DNA of 19,020 bases, taken from positions 1 to 19,020 of the forward strand of contig JBGPLH010000016.1 in assembly GCA_041486365.1 (NCBI GenBank), read 5' to 3'. This stretch comes from Thermodesulfobacteriota bacterium. GTDB taxonomy: Bacteria > JAUYMQ01. Position numbers and translations under genes: made by a program. Shown here in pieces: positions 1 to 8,157 of the stretch (its first letter is position 1; each line of letters begins with the position of its first letter). Under the pieces are notes generated by a model, which was not told where the DNA came from, made no database searches, and saw only the letters and a program-made list of their open reading frames with translations.

Positions 1-1
1 C

Positions 2-1906
2 AACGCGGGGCTCCGCGAGCGCGCCGCCGACCTCGAGTCGCGCGCGGAGGCGGAACTCTCGCGCCCCTTCGCAGTAGGATCCCTTCATCCCGGCAGACCC
101 GTCGCGTTCCTGTGCTCGGAATACGGCGTCCACCGCTCGCTGTACACCTACGCGGGCGGCCTCGGCGTTCTGGCCGGCGACTTCCTGAAGGAGGCCTCCG
201 ACCGGGGCATTCCGCTCGTGGCCGTCGGCCTCCTGTACCGGGAGGGCTACTTCCACCAGCGACTCGATCCGTCCGGCTGGCAGTACGAGTCGTGGTTCGA
301 CGACGATCCGCAACGTCTCCCGATGGCGCGGGTCACCGGCCCCGACGGCCGGCCCGTTGTCTTCCCGGTTTCCATCCGCGGCCATGACGTCGCCGTGCAG
401 GTGTGGCGGGTGAGCGTCGGCCGGGTGCCGCTGTACCTCCTCGACACCGACCGGCGCGAGAACGCCCGGGTGGACCGCTGGATCACCTCCCGGTTGTACG
501 TCGGCGACCGGGAAGTACGCCTCTCGCAATACGCTCTGCTGGGCATCGGTGGCGTGCGTGCGCTGCGCGCCCTCGGAATCGAGCCGGATGTCTTTCACCT
601 GAACGAAGGTCATGCGGCGCTGGCGGCGATCGAGCTGCTGCGGGAAGGAGTCACTGAAGGATTGAGTTTCGAGTCCGCGCTCTCGACGGTCCGAGCGACG
701 ACCGTCTTCACCACGCACACGCCCGTCCCGGCCGGCAACGAGTATTACGTCCCCGGCGAGCTCACGCGGGTGCTCGGCGACGTGGCGGGATCCCTCGGGA
801 TCGGTGCGGAGAAATTGTATGCCCTCGGCCGCTCCTTCGCCGGCGCCGGAGAGGACCCTGTGGGCCTCACCCAGCTCACCATCCGCGTGAGCCGCTCCAC
901 GGGGGGCGTGAGCCGCCGCCATGGGGAGGTGGCCCGCGAGATGTGGAAGCACTTGTGGCCGGGCCGGCCCGCGGCGGAAATCCCCATCGGCCACGTGACC
1001 AACGGCGTGCACATGCCGACCTGGATGGCGCCCGAGATGCGGGAGCTTCTGACGCGCCGGCTCGGAGAGGGATGGGAGGGCCGCGCCGTCGACCCGAAGA
1101 CCTGGGAGGCCATCGACGCCATCCCCGATGAGGAGATCTGGGCGGTGCGCAAGCGGCTGCGGGGAACGCTGCTCGCGTACGTGCGGGACCGCGCCACGCT
1201 CGATCGGCTCTCCCGGGGGGAGCCCTCCGGCTACGTGGAGGCGGCGGCGCACTCCTTCGACGAGAACATCCTCACGGTTGGCTTCGCGCGCCGCGTGGCC
1301 ACCTACAAGCGGGTGCACCTCTTCCAGATCCAGCCCGAGCGCGGGCTGCGACTCCTGCAGGGCCCGCGGGGGATCCAGCTCCTCATCGCCGGCAAGGCCC
1401 ACCCGCGCGACGAGGAGGCCAAGCGGAACATCCAGGTGATCTTCGCCCTCAAGGGGGCGCCCGGCGTGGCGGAGCGGGTGGCTTACCTGGAGGACTACGA
1501 CATGGGGCTGGCCACGCAGCTCGTTCGGGGATGCGACCTGTGGGTGAACCTGCCGCGCCCGCCGCTGGAGGCGAGCGGGACGAGCGGGATGAAATCGGCG
1601 CTCAACGGCGGACTCAACCTCAGCGTGATGGACGGCTGGTGGGAGGAAGCCTGGAACGGAAAGAACGGCTGGGCGATCCGGAGCGATCCCTCGCTGTCCA
1701 TGGAGGCGCAGGATGCCTACGACTCGGAGGCGCTCCTCAGGCTGCTCGAGCAGGAGGTGATCCCGTCGTACTACGACCGCAACCGGAGCGGCGTGCCCCG
1801 GGCCTGGGTGCGTCGCATCAAGGACTCGCTCAGGTCCATCGGCCCGCACTTCAACGCGGGACGGATGGTCGGCGAATACGTGTCGAAGGTGTACCCGGCC
1901 GAGTGA
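2..1906 (+). CDS. glgP: alpha-glucan (glycogen/maltodextrin) phosphorylase, GT35 family; 5'-partial, continues upstream of window
   Basis: The frame is open from position 2 with no upstream stop. Translation shows VAFLCSEYGVHRSLYTYAGGLGVLAGDFLKEASDRG, typical of the N-terminal region of alpha-glucan phosphorylases, then HLNEGHAALAAIELL and TNGVHMPTW. The pyridoxal-phosphate lysine region EASGTSGMKSALNGGLNLSVMDGWW is present. Stop TGA at 1904-1906. Confidence 0.85.
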   Translation, partial: NAGLRERAADLESRAEAELSRPFAVGSLHPGRPVAFLCSEYGVHRSLYTYAGGLGVLAGDFLKEASDRGIPLVAVGLLYREGYFHQRLDPSGWQYESWFDDDPQRLPMARVTGPDGRPVVFPVSIRGHDVAVQVWRVSVGRVPLYLLDTDRRENARVDRWITSRLYVGDREVRLSQYALLGIGGVRALRALGIEPDVFHLNEGHAALAAIELLREGVTEGLSFESALSTVRATTVFTTHTPVPAGNEYYVPGELTRVLGDVAGSLGIGAEKLYALGRSFAGAGEDPVGLTQLTIRVSRSTGGVSRRHGEVAREMWKHLWPGRPAAEIPIGHVTNGVHMPTWMAPEMRELLTRRLGEGWEGRAVDPKTWEAIDAIPDEEIWAVRKRLRGTLLAYVRDRATLDRLSRGEPSGYVEAAAHSFDENILTVGFARRVATYKRVHLFQIQPERGLRLLQGPRGIQLLIAGKAHPRDEEAKRNIQVIFALKGAPGVAERVAYLEDYDMGLATQLVRGCDLWVNLPRPPLEASGTSGMKSALNGGLNLSVMDGWWEEAWNGKNGWAIRSDPSLSMEAQDAYDSEALLRLLEQEVIPSYYDRNRSGVPRAWVRRIKDSLRSIGPHFNAGRMVGEYVSKVYPAE

Positions 1907-1930
1907 GACGACGGGGCAAGAAAAGAGAAC

Positions 1931-1965
1931 GCCACGTCTCGCGACGTGGCGTTCGATTTCGATTT
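1931..1965. terminator. bidirectional rho-independent terminator between convergent glgP and tRNA-Leu/secG operon
   Basis: Perfect 8-bp stem GCCACGTC(1931-1938)-TCGC-GACGTGGC(1943-1950). On the + strand it is followed by GTTCGATTTCGATTT. On the minus strand it is followed by GTTCTCTTTTCTT, which is a better U-tract. Confidence 0.6.
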
Positions 1966-2051
1966 GGTGCCCAGGACTGGATTCGAACCAGCACGTGGTT
2001 GCCCACGCCAGCCCCTCAAGCTGGTGCGTCTACCAATTCCGCCACCTGGGC
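1965..2051 (-). tRNA. leuU: tRNA-Leu (anticodon GAG), 87 nt with long variable arm, CCA encoded
   Basis: Reverse complement reads GCCCAGGTGGCGGAATTGGTAGACGCACCAGCTTGAGGGGCTGGCGTGGGCAACCACGTGCTGGTTCGAATCCAGTCCTGGGCACCA. The D-loop AATTGGTAGA is typical of tRNA-Leu. The anticodon stem is CCAGC/GCTGG with loop TTGAGGG, giving anticodon GAG. A long variable arm, a TTCGAATC T-loop and a 7-bp acceptor stem GCCCAGG/CCTGGGC are all present. Confidence 0.85.
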
Positions 2052-2110
2052 CGATTTGAAGGAGGCTCTACACCGCCCCCTTGCGCCGGGGATGCTAGCA
2101 AGAACCCCCT

Positions 2111-2500
2111 CTACTTTCCAGGCGCCGCGGGCGTCGACTGCGACGGCGTCGCGGGTAAGCCCGGCAGCGCGCCCGGCGTCGCGGGCGCGCTGGGGGCGCC
2201 CGGAGGCGCGGGCGTCGCGGGAGCCGGGGGCGCGCCCGGCAGCGCCTGCTTCACCACGCTCGATGTCTTGCTCCGGTTGGAGATGAATGTGAGCGCGAGG
2301 GACGTCACCATGAACGTGACCGCCGCGGTGACGGTCGCCTTCTGCAGGAACGTGGCGGCCCCCCGCGTGCCGAACATCGTCTGGCTCGACCCGGCGCCGA
2401 AGGCGGCGCCGATGTCGGCCCCCTTGCCCGCCTGGAGGAGCACGATGCCGATCAGCGCCAGGCAGACCAGGATGTGAAGGATCACTATCACGACGCTCAT
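2111..2500 (-). CDS. secG: preprotein translocase subunit SecG with ~45-aa Pro/Ala/Thr-rich C-terminal extension
   Basis: 129 aa. The N-terminal ~80 aa (LLQAGKGADIGAAFGAGSSQTMFGTRGAATFLQKATVTAAVTFMVTSLAL) matches the conserved SecG pattern. The AAGGAG RBS sits 8 nt upstream of the ATG at 2498-2500. The gene lies in the canonical position downstream of tpiA and upstream of tRNA-Leu. Confidence 0.8.
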   Translation of the reverse strand: MSVVIVILHILVCLALIGIVLLQAGKGADIGAAFGAGSSQTMFGTRGAATFLQKATVTAAVTFMVTSLALTFISNRSKTSSVVKQALPGAPPAPATPAPPGAPSAPATPGALPGLPATPSQSTPAAPGK

Positions 2501-2558
2501 TGCACGACTCCTTCGATGAAAGGGCCGCCGCCCGACGCGGGCCGGCGGCGCGCGCGGC

Positions 2559-3329
2559 CTACCTCGGCACCGCCGCCTTCACGATCTCGGAGAACGATTT
2601 GGCCTCGAGGCTGGCGCCGCCCACGAGCGCCCCGTCGATGTCCGGCTGCTCCATGAGCGATCGGGCATTGTCGGCGTTCACCGATCCGCCGTACTGGATC
2701 CGCGCGCGGCCGGCGGCCTCCGGTCCGTAGACGTCCCGCATGTACTCCCGGATGAAGGCGTGGACCTCCTGGGCCTGGGCCGGCGTGGCCGTCTTCCCCG
2801 TTCCGATGGCCCAGACGGGCTCGTAGGCGATCACGATCTTCTCGACGCCGCGCGCGGTGAAGCCCGAGAGCCCGATTTCGACCTGCCTTCCCACCACGCG
2901 GAACGTCTGCTCCTCGTCGCGCTCGTCGAGCGTCTCGCCCACGCAGAGGATGGGCGTCATCTCGTTGTGCAGCACGAGCTTCACCTTCTTGGCGATGTCG
3001 TCGTCCCGCTCCCCGAAGATGTGCCGGCGCTCCGAGTGCCCCACGATCACGTAGCTGCAGCCCGCGTCGGCGAGCATCTTCGGCGCGACCTCACCGGTGT
3101 AGGCGCCGCGCTCTTCGAAATGGCAGTTCTGGGCGCCCAGACGCATCACGCTTCCCTGCAGCTCGCGCCCGACGACGGCGAGCGAGGGGAAGGGAGGCGC
3201 CACGCCGATGTCGACCTCCCGGACGCCGTCGAGCAGCCGGCGGCACTCCTTCACGAGGAGGACCGATTCGGCCTGCAGGTTGTGCATCTTCCAGTTTCCG
3301 ACGACGACGGGCCTGCGTTGGACGTCCAT
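2559..3329 (-). CDS. tpiA: triosephosphate isomerase
   Basis: Contains VVVGNWKMHN, GHSERR, AYEPVWAIGTG and QYGGSV motifs. The start was moved to the internal ATG at 3327-3329 (MDVQRRPVVVGNWKM). The ORF-track start at 3353 would overlap the pgk stop and has no RBS. A GGGAAGGG RBS lies in the 16-nt pgk-tpiA spacer. Confidence 0.85.
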   Translation of the reverse strand: MDVQRRPVVVGNWKMHNLQAESVLLVKECRRLLDGVREVDIGVAPPFPSLAVVGRELQGSVMRLGAQNCHFEERGAYTGEVAPKMLADAGCSYVIVGHSERRHIFGERDDDIAKKVKLVLHNEMTPILCVGETLDERDEEQTFRVVGRQVEIGLSGFTARGVEKIVIAYEPVWAIGTGKTATPAQAQEVHAFIREYMRDVYGPEAAGRARIQYGGSVNADNARSLMEQPDIDGALVGGASLEAKSFSEIVKAAVPR

Positions 3330-3345
3330 GGTTTCCCTTCCCGGG

Positions 3346-4533
3346 TCAGCCAAGCGCGGAGAGGCCGGGCAGGTCGAGCCCCTCGAGGAACTCGAGCGAA
3401 GCGCCGCCTCCCGTGCTCACGTGCGATATTCGGCCCGCCGCCGGCATGGCGTGAAGCGCGGCCACCAGGTCGCCGCCGCCCACGACGCTCGTCGCGCCGC
3501 CGCCCGTTGCCTCCGAAACGGCGCGCGCGATCGCCAGCGTCCCCTCGTTCCAGGGGGCGATCTCGAACACCCCCATCGGGCCGTTCCAGAAGATCGTGCG
3601 GGCCCGCGTGACCTCCGCGGCATAGGCCGCGGCCGTCCGGGGGCCGATGTCCACGCCCGTCCAGCCCGGCTCGATGTCCTCCCCCGGGCTCACCTTCGAC
3701 GGGGCCCCCGCCTTCACTTCCCGCGCGATCACGTGGTCCGCCGGAAGCGCGAGCTTCTTCGGGGCGCGCTCGTCCGCGAGCAGCGCGGCCGCGTCGGCGA
3801 TCCGATCGGGCTCGACGAGCGAGTTGCCGACCTGCCGGTTCTTCGCCCGCAGGAAGGTGTACGCCATGGCGCCGCCCACGAGGATCCGGTCGGCGCGCGA
3901 GAGGAAGTTCGAGAGCACGGCGAGTTTGTCGGAGACCTTGGCCCCCCCCACGACGGCGACGAAGGGGGAGGGCGGGTTCACGAGCAGCCCGGAGAGAAAC
4001 TTCACCTCCCGCAGCAGGAGAAGCCCGGCCGCTTTCTCGCGGACGAACGCCGCGATCCCCGCGGTGCTCGCGTGGGCGCGGTGCGCCGCGCCGAAGGCAT
4101 CGTTCACCCATACGTCGGCCAGGCCCGCGAGTGCGCTCGCGAATCCCGGATCGTTCTTCTCCTCCTCCGCGTGGAAGCGGAGGTTCTCCAACAGAAGGAT
4201 CTCGCCCTGCCCCAAGGCCGCCACCTGCTTCTCCACCTCGAGGCCCACGCAATCGGGGGCCAGGGGCACGGTGCGCCCGAGCAGCTCCCCGAGCCGCTTC
4301 GCCACGGGGGCCAGCGAGTACTTCGGGTTCGGCTTCCCCTTGGGGCGCCCGAGATGTGACGCGAGGATCACCCGCGCTCCCTTGTCGAGCGCGAGCTTCA
4401 CCGTGGGCAGCGACGCGCGGATGCGGGTGTCGTCGCTCACTTTTCCCCCGGCGTCCAGGGGCACGTTCAGGTCGGCCCGGATGAAGACCCGCTTCCCGGA
4501 CAGATCGAGGTCCTCGACGGAGGGGAGGTTCAT
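3346..4533 (-). CDS. pgk: phosphoglycerate kinase
   Basis: 395 aa starting MNLPSVEDLDLSGKRVFIRADLNVPLD with a typical PGK length and hinge. The gene is contiguous with gap (6-nt spacer) and tpiA. Confidence 0.9.
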   Translation of the reverse strand: MNLPSVEDLDLSGKRVFIRADLNVPLDAGGKVSDDTRIRASLPTVKLALDKGARVILASHLGRPKGKPNPKYSLAPVAKRLGELLGRTVPLAPDCVGLEVEKQVAALGQGEILLLENLRFHAEEEKNDPGFASALAGLADVWVNDAFGAAHRAHASTAGIAAFVREKAAGLLLLREVKFLSGLLVNPPSPFVAVVGGAKVSDKLAVLSNFLSRADRILVGGAMAYTFLRAKNRQVGNSLVEPDRIADAAALLADERAPKKLALPADHVIAREVKAGAPSKVSPGEDIEPGWTGVDIGPRTAAAYAAEVTRARTIFWNGPMGVFEIAPWNEGTLAIARAVSEATGGGATSVVGGGDLVAALHAMPAAGRISHVSTGGGASLEFLEGLDLPGLSALG

Positions 4534-4539
4534 GCCGGC

Positions 4540-5544
4540 CTAGAGCGTCTTCGCGATGAAGCGGATCAGGTCGACGCAGCGGTGCGCGTAGCCGGTTTCG
4601 TTGTCGTACCAGGAAAGCACCTTCGCGAACCGGTCTTCAAGCACCCGGGTGCTCAGCGCGTCGACGATGCTCGATCTCGGATCGCCGTTATAGTCGATCG
4701 ACACGAGCGGCTCGTCGGAGACGCCGAGGATGCCCTTGAGCGGCCCTTCGGCGGCCGCGCGGAAGGCCGCGTTGATCTCCTGGGCAGTGGCCTTCTTCGC
4801 GAGGTTCACGGTGAGGTCCACCACGGAGACGTTGAAGTTCGGCGTGCGGATCGCCATGCCGTCGAGCTTGCCCTTGAGCTCCGGGAGCACGAGGCCCACG
4901 GCCTTGGCGGCCCCCGTCGTCGTCGGGATCAACGAAACGGCCGCGGCCCGTGCGCGGCGCAGGTCCTTGTGCGGGAGATCGAGGATCTTCTGATCGTTCG
5001 TGTACGAATGGATCGTCGTCATGAGGCCGCGCTCGATTCCCCAGTTCTCGTGGAGCACCTTGGCGACCGGCGCCAGGCAGTTGGTCGTGCAGGAGGCGTT
5101 CGAGATCACATGGTGCCTGGCGGGATCGTAGGCCTTCTCGTTGATGCCCAGCGCGAGCGTGATGTCTTCGTTCTTCGCGGGGGCCGAGATGATCACCTTT
5201 TTTGCGCCGCGCGCGATGTGCCGGGAGGCCGACTCCTTGTCGACGAACTTGCCGGTGCTCTCGAGCACCACCTCCACGCCCAGCTCCTTCCAGGGAAGCT
5301 CGCCCGGGTCCTTCATGGCCAGCACCTTGATCTCGCGGCCGTCCACGACGATCGCGTTGTCCTTGACCTGGACGTCGCCCTGGTAGCGGCCGTGCACGCT
5401 GTCGTACTTGAGCAGGTGCGCGAGCACGTCCGGCTGCGTGAGATCGTTCACGGCGAGGACCTCGATATCGGCGGCGCCCCGAATGGCGCGCATGAAGCAG
5501 CGGCCGATTCGGCCGAAGCCATTGATCCCAACCCGGATGGACAT
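4540..5544 (-). CDS. gap: glyceraldehyde-3-phosphate dehydrogenase (type I)
   Basis: 334 aa beginning [15 protein letters not shown] (Rossmann motif) with the [12 protein letters not shown] catalytic-Cys motif. An AAGGAGG RBS sits 7 nt upstream of the ATG at 5542-5544. Confidence 0.9.
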   Translation of the reverse strand: MSIRVGINGFGRIGRCFMRAIRGAADIEVLAVNDLTQPDVLAHLLKYDSVHGRYQGDVQVKDNAIVVDGREIKVLAMKDPGELPWKELGVEVVLESTGKFVDKESASRHIARGAKKVIISAPAKNEDITLALGINEKAYDPARHHVISNASCTTNCLAPVAKVLHENWGIERGLMTTIHSYTNDQKILDLPHKDLRRARAAAVSLIPTTTGAAKAVGLVLPELKGKLDGMAIRTPNFNVSVVDLTVNLAKKATAQEINAAFRAAAEGPLKGILGVSDEPLVSIDYNGDPRSSIVDALSTRVLEDRFAKVLSWYDNETGYAHRCVDLIRFIAKTL

Positions 5545-5760
5545 CGGTGAGCCTCCTTGAACACGGTGCGGCGCCAGGGGATCTTGCGCCTTGAGATCCT
5601 CTTCTGGGCGGGGGCCGGCGCTGAAAAAGAGATGCGCTCCCTCGGGACGCGCGGGACGGCCCTTCCGGGAACGGGGACCGCAGTGCGGAAACCATGGTCC
5701 TTCGAGGGCGGGACCCGGCCAGGAGACCGGGCGCTTGCGGGGCCGGCCGTAAAAAGAGCC

Positions 5761-5788
5761 AATATATTTGGAATCGCCTCGAAGTCAA
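5761..5788 (-). promoter_or_regulatory. candidate sigma70-type promoter of gap-pgk-tpiA-secG operon (-35 TTGACT, 16-nt spacer, -10 TATATT)
   Basis: Reverse complement of 5761-5788 reads TTGACTtcgaggcgattccaaaTATATT. This is the only AT-rich patch in an otherwise GC-rich 454-bp intergenic region. It would give a leader of about 210 nt before the gap ATG. Confidence 0.5.
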
Positions 5789-5998
5789 CCGCTCCTTCCC
5801 CGCGGGGGTGCGGGGCCGGAGATAGTTCCCGACCGCCGGAGGAGTCCGCAAATCGTGCGCGCGCGCCCGGCCCGAGGGCATCGGGGTGGCGCGTTCACGC
5901 AAGTCCGCTTGCCCGCCGTGCCGCCCTGCGGCTAGCATGAGTGGACGGGCGCGGCTCGACCGCGGCGGGCGTCCTGCACGCGCGCCCGCGGAGGACGG

Positions 5999-6517
5999 AT
6001 GGGGCTATGCGGTGTGGGGCTCGACGTGGTGGACGTGGAGCGCATGGCCCGTGCCCTCGATCGGGGCGGCGAACGATTCCTCCGGCGGGTGTTCACCGAT
6101 CGGGAGATCGCCTCGGCCCGGGGGAAGCCCGACGCCGCGCGCCGTTTCGCGCTTTGCTTCGCGGCGAAGGAAGCCTTCTTCAAGGCGATCGGCAGCGGCT
6201 GGCCCCGCGGCGGGAAGCTCACGGACGTGGAGCTGCTGTACAAGGGAGGCTCGCCCGCCCTTGAGGTGTCGGGCGTCGCGCGCGACATCCTGGACGGGCG
6301 GCGCGTCGAGCGCGTGGAGATCAGCGCCTCCTGGGAGCGGCGGCTCGCCCTGTGCCTCGTCCTTCTCCTGCTTTTATCCGTCCCGGACTCTTCCATCCGG
6401 TGGTCCCCCTCGACGTGGGGGCCGACAAGATCTGACCTGAGGTCCCCCTCGAAGAGGGGGCCGACAAGATCTGACCTGAGGTCCCCCTCGAGGAGGGGGC
6501 CACATGAACCAAAATGA
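5999..6517 (+). CDS. acpS: holo-[acyl-carrier-protein] synthase (4'-phosphopantetheinyl transferase), with ~45-aa C-terminal extension encoded by tandem hairpin repeats
   Basis: The N-terminal ~128 aa align by pattern to AcpS: GVGLDVVDVERM, FTDREI, RFALCFAAKEAFFKAIGSG and ISASWERRLALCLVLL correspond to ISLSH...AV. A GGAGGA RBS lies at 5990-5995. The reading frame then continues through the 39-bp repeats to a stop at 6515-6517. Confidence 0.7.
   Translation: MGLCGVGLDVVDVERMARALDRGGERFLRRVFTDREIASARGKPDAARRFALCFAAKEAFFKAIGSGWPRGGKLTDVELLYKGGSPALEVSGVARDILDGRRVERVEISASWERRLALCLVLLLLLSVPDSSIRWSPSTWGPTRSDLRSPSKRGPTRSDLRSPSRRGPHEPK
6402..6503. repeat. 2.6 tandem copies of a 39-bp GC-hairpin repeat (GGTCCCCCTCGAnnnGAGGGGGCCGACAAGATCTGACCTGA)
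   Basis: Unit 1 is 6402-6440, unit 2 is 6441-6479 and unit 3 (partial) is 6480-6503. The units differ only in the 3-5 nt hairpin loop (CGACGTG, GAA, GAG). Each contains a perfect CCCCCTC...GAGGGGG stem. Confidence 0.85.
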
Positions 6518-6598
6518 TTTCCGCGGCGCGGGCCAGGCACCCGCGTCCGGACCCCCAGGCGGCCCACCCCGACGCACCCGGCACGCCAGGAGCCTTCG

Positions 6599-8083
6599 AT
6601 GAAGGATAGCCACTACGACCGCCTGACGATGCTCGATACCTCCTTCCTCGCGCTGGAGGACCCCACCACGCCCATGCACGTCGCCTCCACGAGCATTCAC
6701 GACGCGGGGCCGCTCAGGCGCCCGGACGGCGGGATCGACGGCGACAGGATCCGGGAGTACATCCGGTCGCGGCTTCACCTCATCCCACGCTACCGGCAGC
6801 GCATCGCCAGGATCCCCATCGAGAATCATCCGGTGTGGGTGGACGACGATCACTTCAACATTCACTACCACGTGCGGCACACCGCGCTGCCGCGGCCGGG
6901 CGACGAGCGCCAGCTCAAGCGCCTGTCGGCGCGGATCATGTCACAGCCGCTCGACCGCTCGAGGCCTCTCTGGGAGATCTGGATCGTCGAAGGTCTGGAC
7001 GGGGGCGATCGCTTCGCGCTCATCAACAAGACCCACCACTGCATGATCGACGGGGTCTCGGGGGCGGAGTTGCTGAAGGTCCTGTTGCGCGACAATCCGG
7101 ACGAGGACTTCCAGGAGACCGCCGAATGGGTCCCGCGTCCCATCCCGAGCGCCTCCGAGATGCTCGGCCGGGAAGTCCTGCGCCGGATCCAGACGCCCTT
7201 CTCCCTCCTCGGCGAACTCCCGGAGGCTCTCCGCCGGCCCGGGAAGACCCTCTCGACACTGCGGGAGGACCTGTCCGCCATCGTGGAAACGGTGACCGCC
7301 CAGGTCCGCACCGTGTCGACCACGCCCCTCAATCGTTCCATCGGGCCCCATCGGCGCTTCGACTGGCTGCCGATGCAAATCGCGGATCTGAAGGACGTGG
7401 CGCACCGCCTGGGCGGCAGCCTGAACGACGTCGTGCTCGCCACGGTGGCGGGCGCTCTCCGGATATTCCTGGAGCACCGGCGCGTGTACGTGGACGAACT
7501 CGACATCCGCGCCTTCGTCCCCGTGAGCGTCCGCTCGCGGGAGGAGCGGGGGAAGATAGGCAACCGGGTGTCGGCCTGGGTGATGCCGCTTCCCACGGAG
7601 GTGCGCGATCCCAGGGAGCGGCTGGAGCGGGTGATCGAGACCACGACGCGCCTCAAGCATTCCAGGCAGGCGCTCGGCGCCGAGCTGCTCGAGGAGCTGA
7701 GCGAATGGGGCAACACGACGCTCTTCTCGCTCGGGCTCCAGCTCGCGACCCGCGCGGTGACCTTTCACCTCGTGGTCACCAACGTCCCCGGCCCCTCGAT
7801 GCCGCTCTACCTCCTCGGCGCGCGGATGCGCGAGTGCTATCCGATGGTCCCGCTCTTCCAGAACCACGGGATGGGGATAGCGCTCTTCTCCTACGCGGGT
7901 GGCATCTACTGGGGTTTCAACGCCGACTGGGACCTGGTGCCCGACCTGCACGACTTCGTGCAGGCGGTGAGCACCTCCTTCCGGGAGCTGCAGGAGGTGG
8001 CCCTCAAGGAGCCCGTCCCGGCCCGTTCCGCTGGAAAAAAGAGGGTCGGGAAAAAGGGGCGAGAGGCCGCGGTTCACCGTTGA
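6599..8083 (+). CDS. wax ester synthase/diacylglycerol acyltransferase (WS/DGAT) family acyl-CoA acyltransferase
   Basis: 494 aa. Carries the catalytic HHxxxDG motif (NKTHHCMIDGVSG). The N-terminus LTMLDTSFLALEDPTTPMHVAS is typical of WS/DGAT. An AGGAG RBS lies 6 nt upstream of the ATG at 6599. Confidence 0.8.
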   Translation: MKDSHYDRLTMLDTSFLALEDPTTPMHVASTSIHDAGPLRRPDGGIDGDRIREYIRSRLHLIPRYRQRIARIPIENHPVWVDDDHFNIHYHVRHTALPRPGDERQLKRLSARIMSQPLDRSRPLWEIWIVEGLDGGDRFALINKTHHCMIDGVSGAELLKVLLRDNPDEDFQETAEWVPRPIPSASEMLGREVLRRIQTPFSLLGELPEALRRPGKTLSTLREDLSAIVETVTAQVRTVSTTPLNRSIGPHRRFDWLPMQIADLKDVAHRLGGSLNDVVLATVAGALRIFLEHRRVYVDELDIRAFVPVSVRSREERGKIGNRVSAWVMPLPTEVRDPRERLERVIETTTRLKHSRQALGAELLEELSEWGNTTLFSLGLQLATRAVTFHLVVTNVPGPSMPLYLLGARMRECYPMVPLFQNHGMGIALFSYAGGIYWGFNADWDLVPDLHDFVQAVSTSFRELQEVALKEPVPARSAGKKRVGKKGREAAVHR

Positions 8084-8157
8084 CATTGCCTGCGGGCTGT
8101 GGGAGTCTCCCCACAAAACTTTTGGAACTCCGGCTCGATAAAGGGAGAATCGGAACC

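Noticed and set aside
3351-3353. ORF-track start of tpiA at 3353
   Set aside because: It would overlap the pgk stop with no RBS. The internal ATG at 3329 gives the canonical M-x-R-P-VVGNWKM start with an RBS in the spacer.
2760-3611. 283-aa + strand ORF overlapping tpiA/pgk
   Set aside because: Antisense to tpiA and pgk with His/Asp/Leu-rich low-complexity translation. No independent evidence supports it.
3208-5938. Long antisense ORFs opposite pgk and gap (3208-4359 +, 3251-4252 -, 3647-4543 +, 4582-5550 +, 4688-5938 -)
   Set aside because: They are opposite or out of frame to unmistakable glycolytic genes. They have low-complexity R/G/P/A composition and no RBS, which is typical of spurious ORFs in high-GC DNA.
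6402-6503. Possible mini-CRISPR array
   Set aside because: Repeat units are directly contiguous with no spacers, there are only 2.6 copies, and no cas genes are nearby. It is better explained as tandem REP-like hairpin repeats.
6941-8116. 391-aa minus ORF opposite WS/DGAT
   Set aside because: Antisense to a motif-validated gene. Its composition is typical of GC-rich reverse frames.
8081-8120. TTGACA box as V-HPO promoter
   Set aside because: The -35-like hexamer is clear but no convincing -10 follows at 16-18 bp (GAGTCT). It is kept only as a remark in a finding, not called as a feature.
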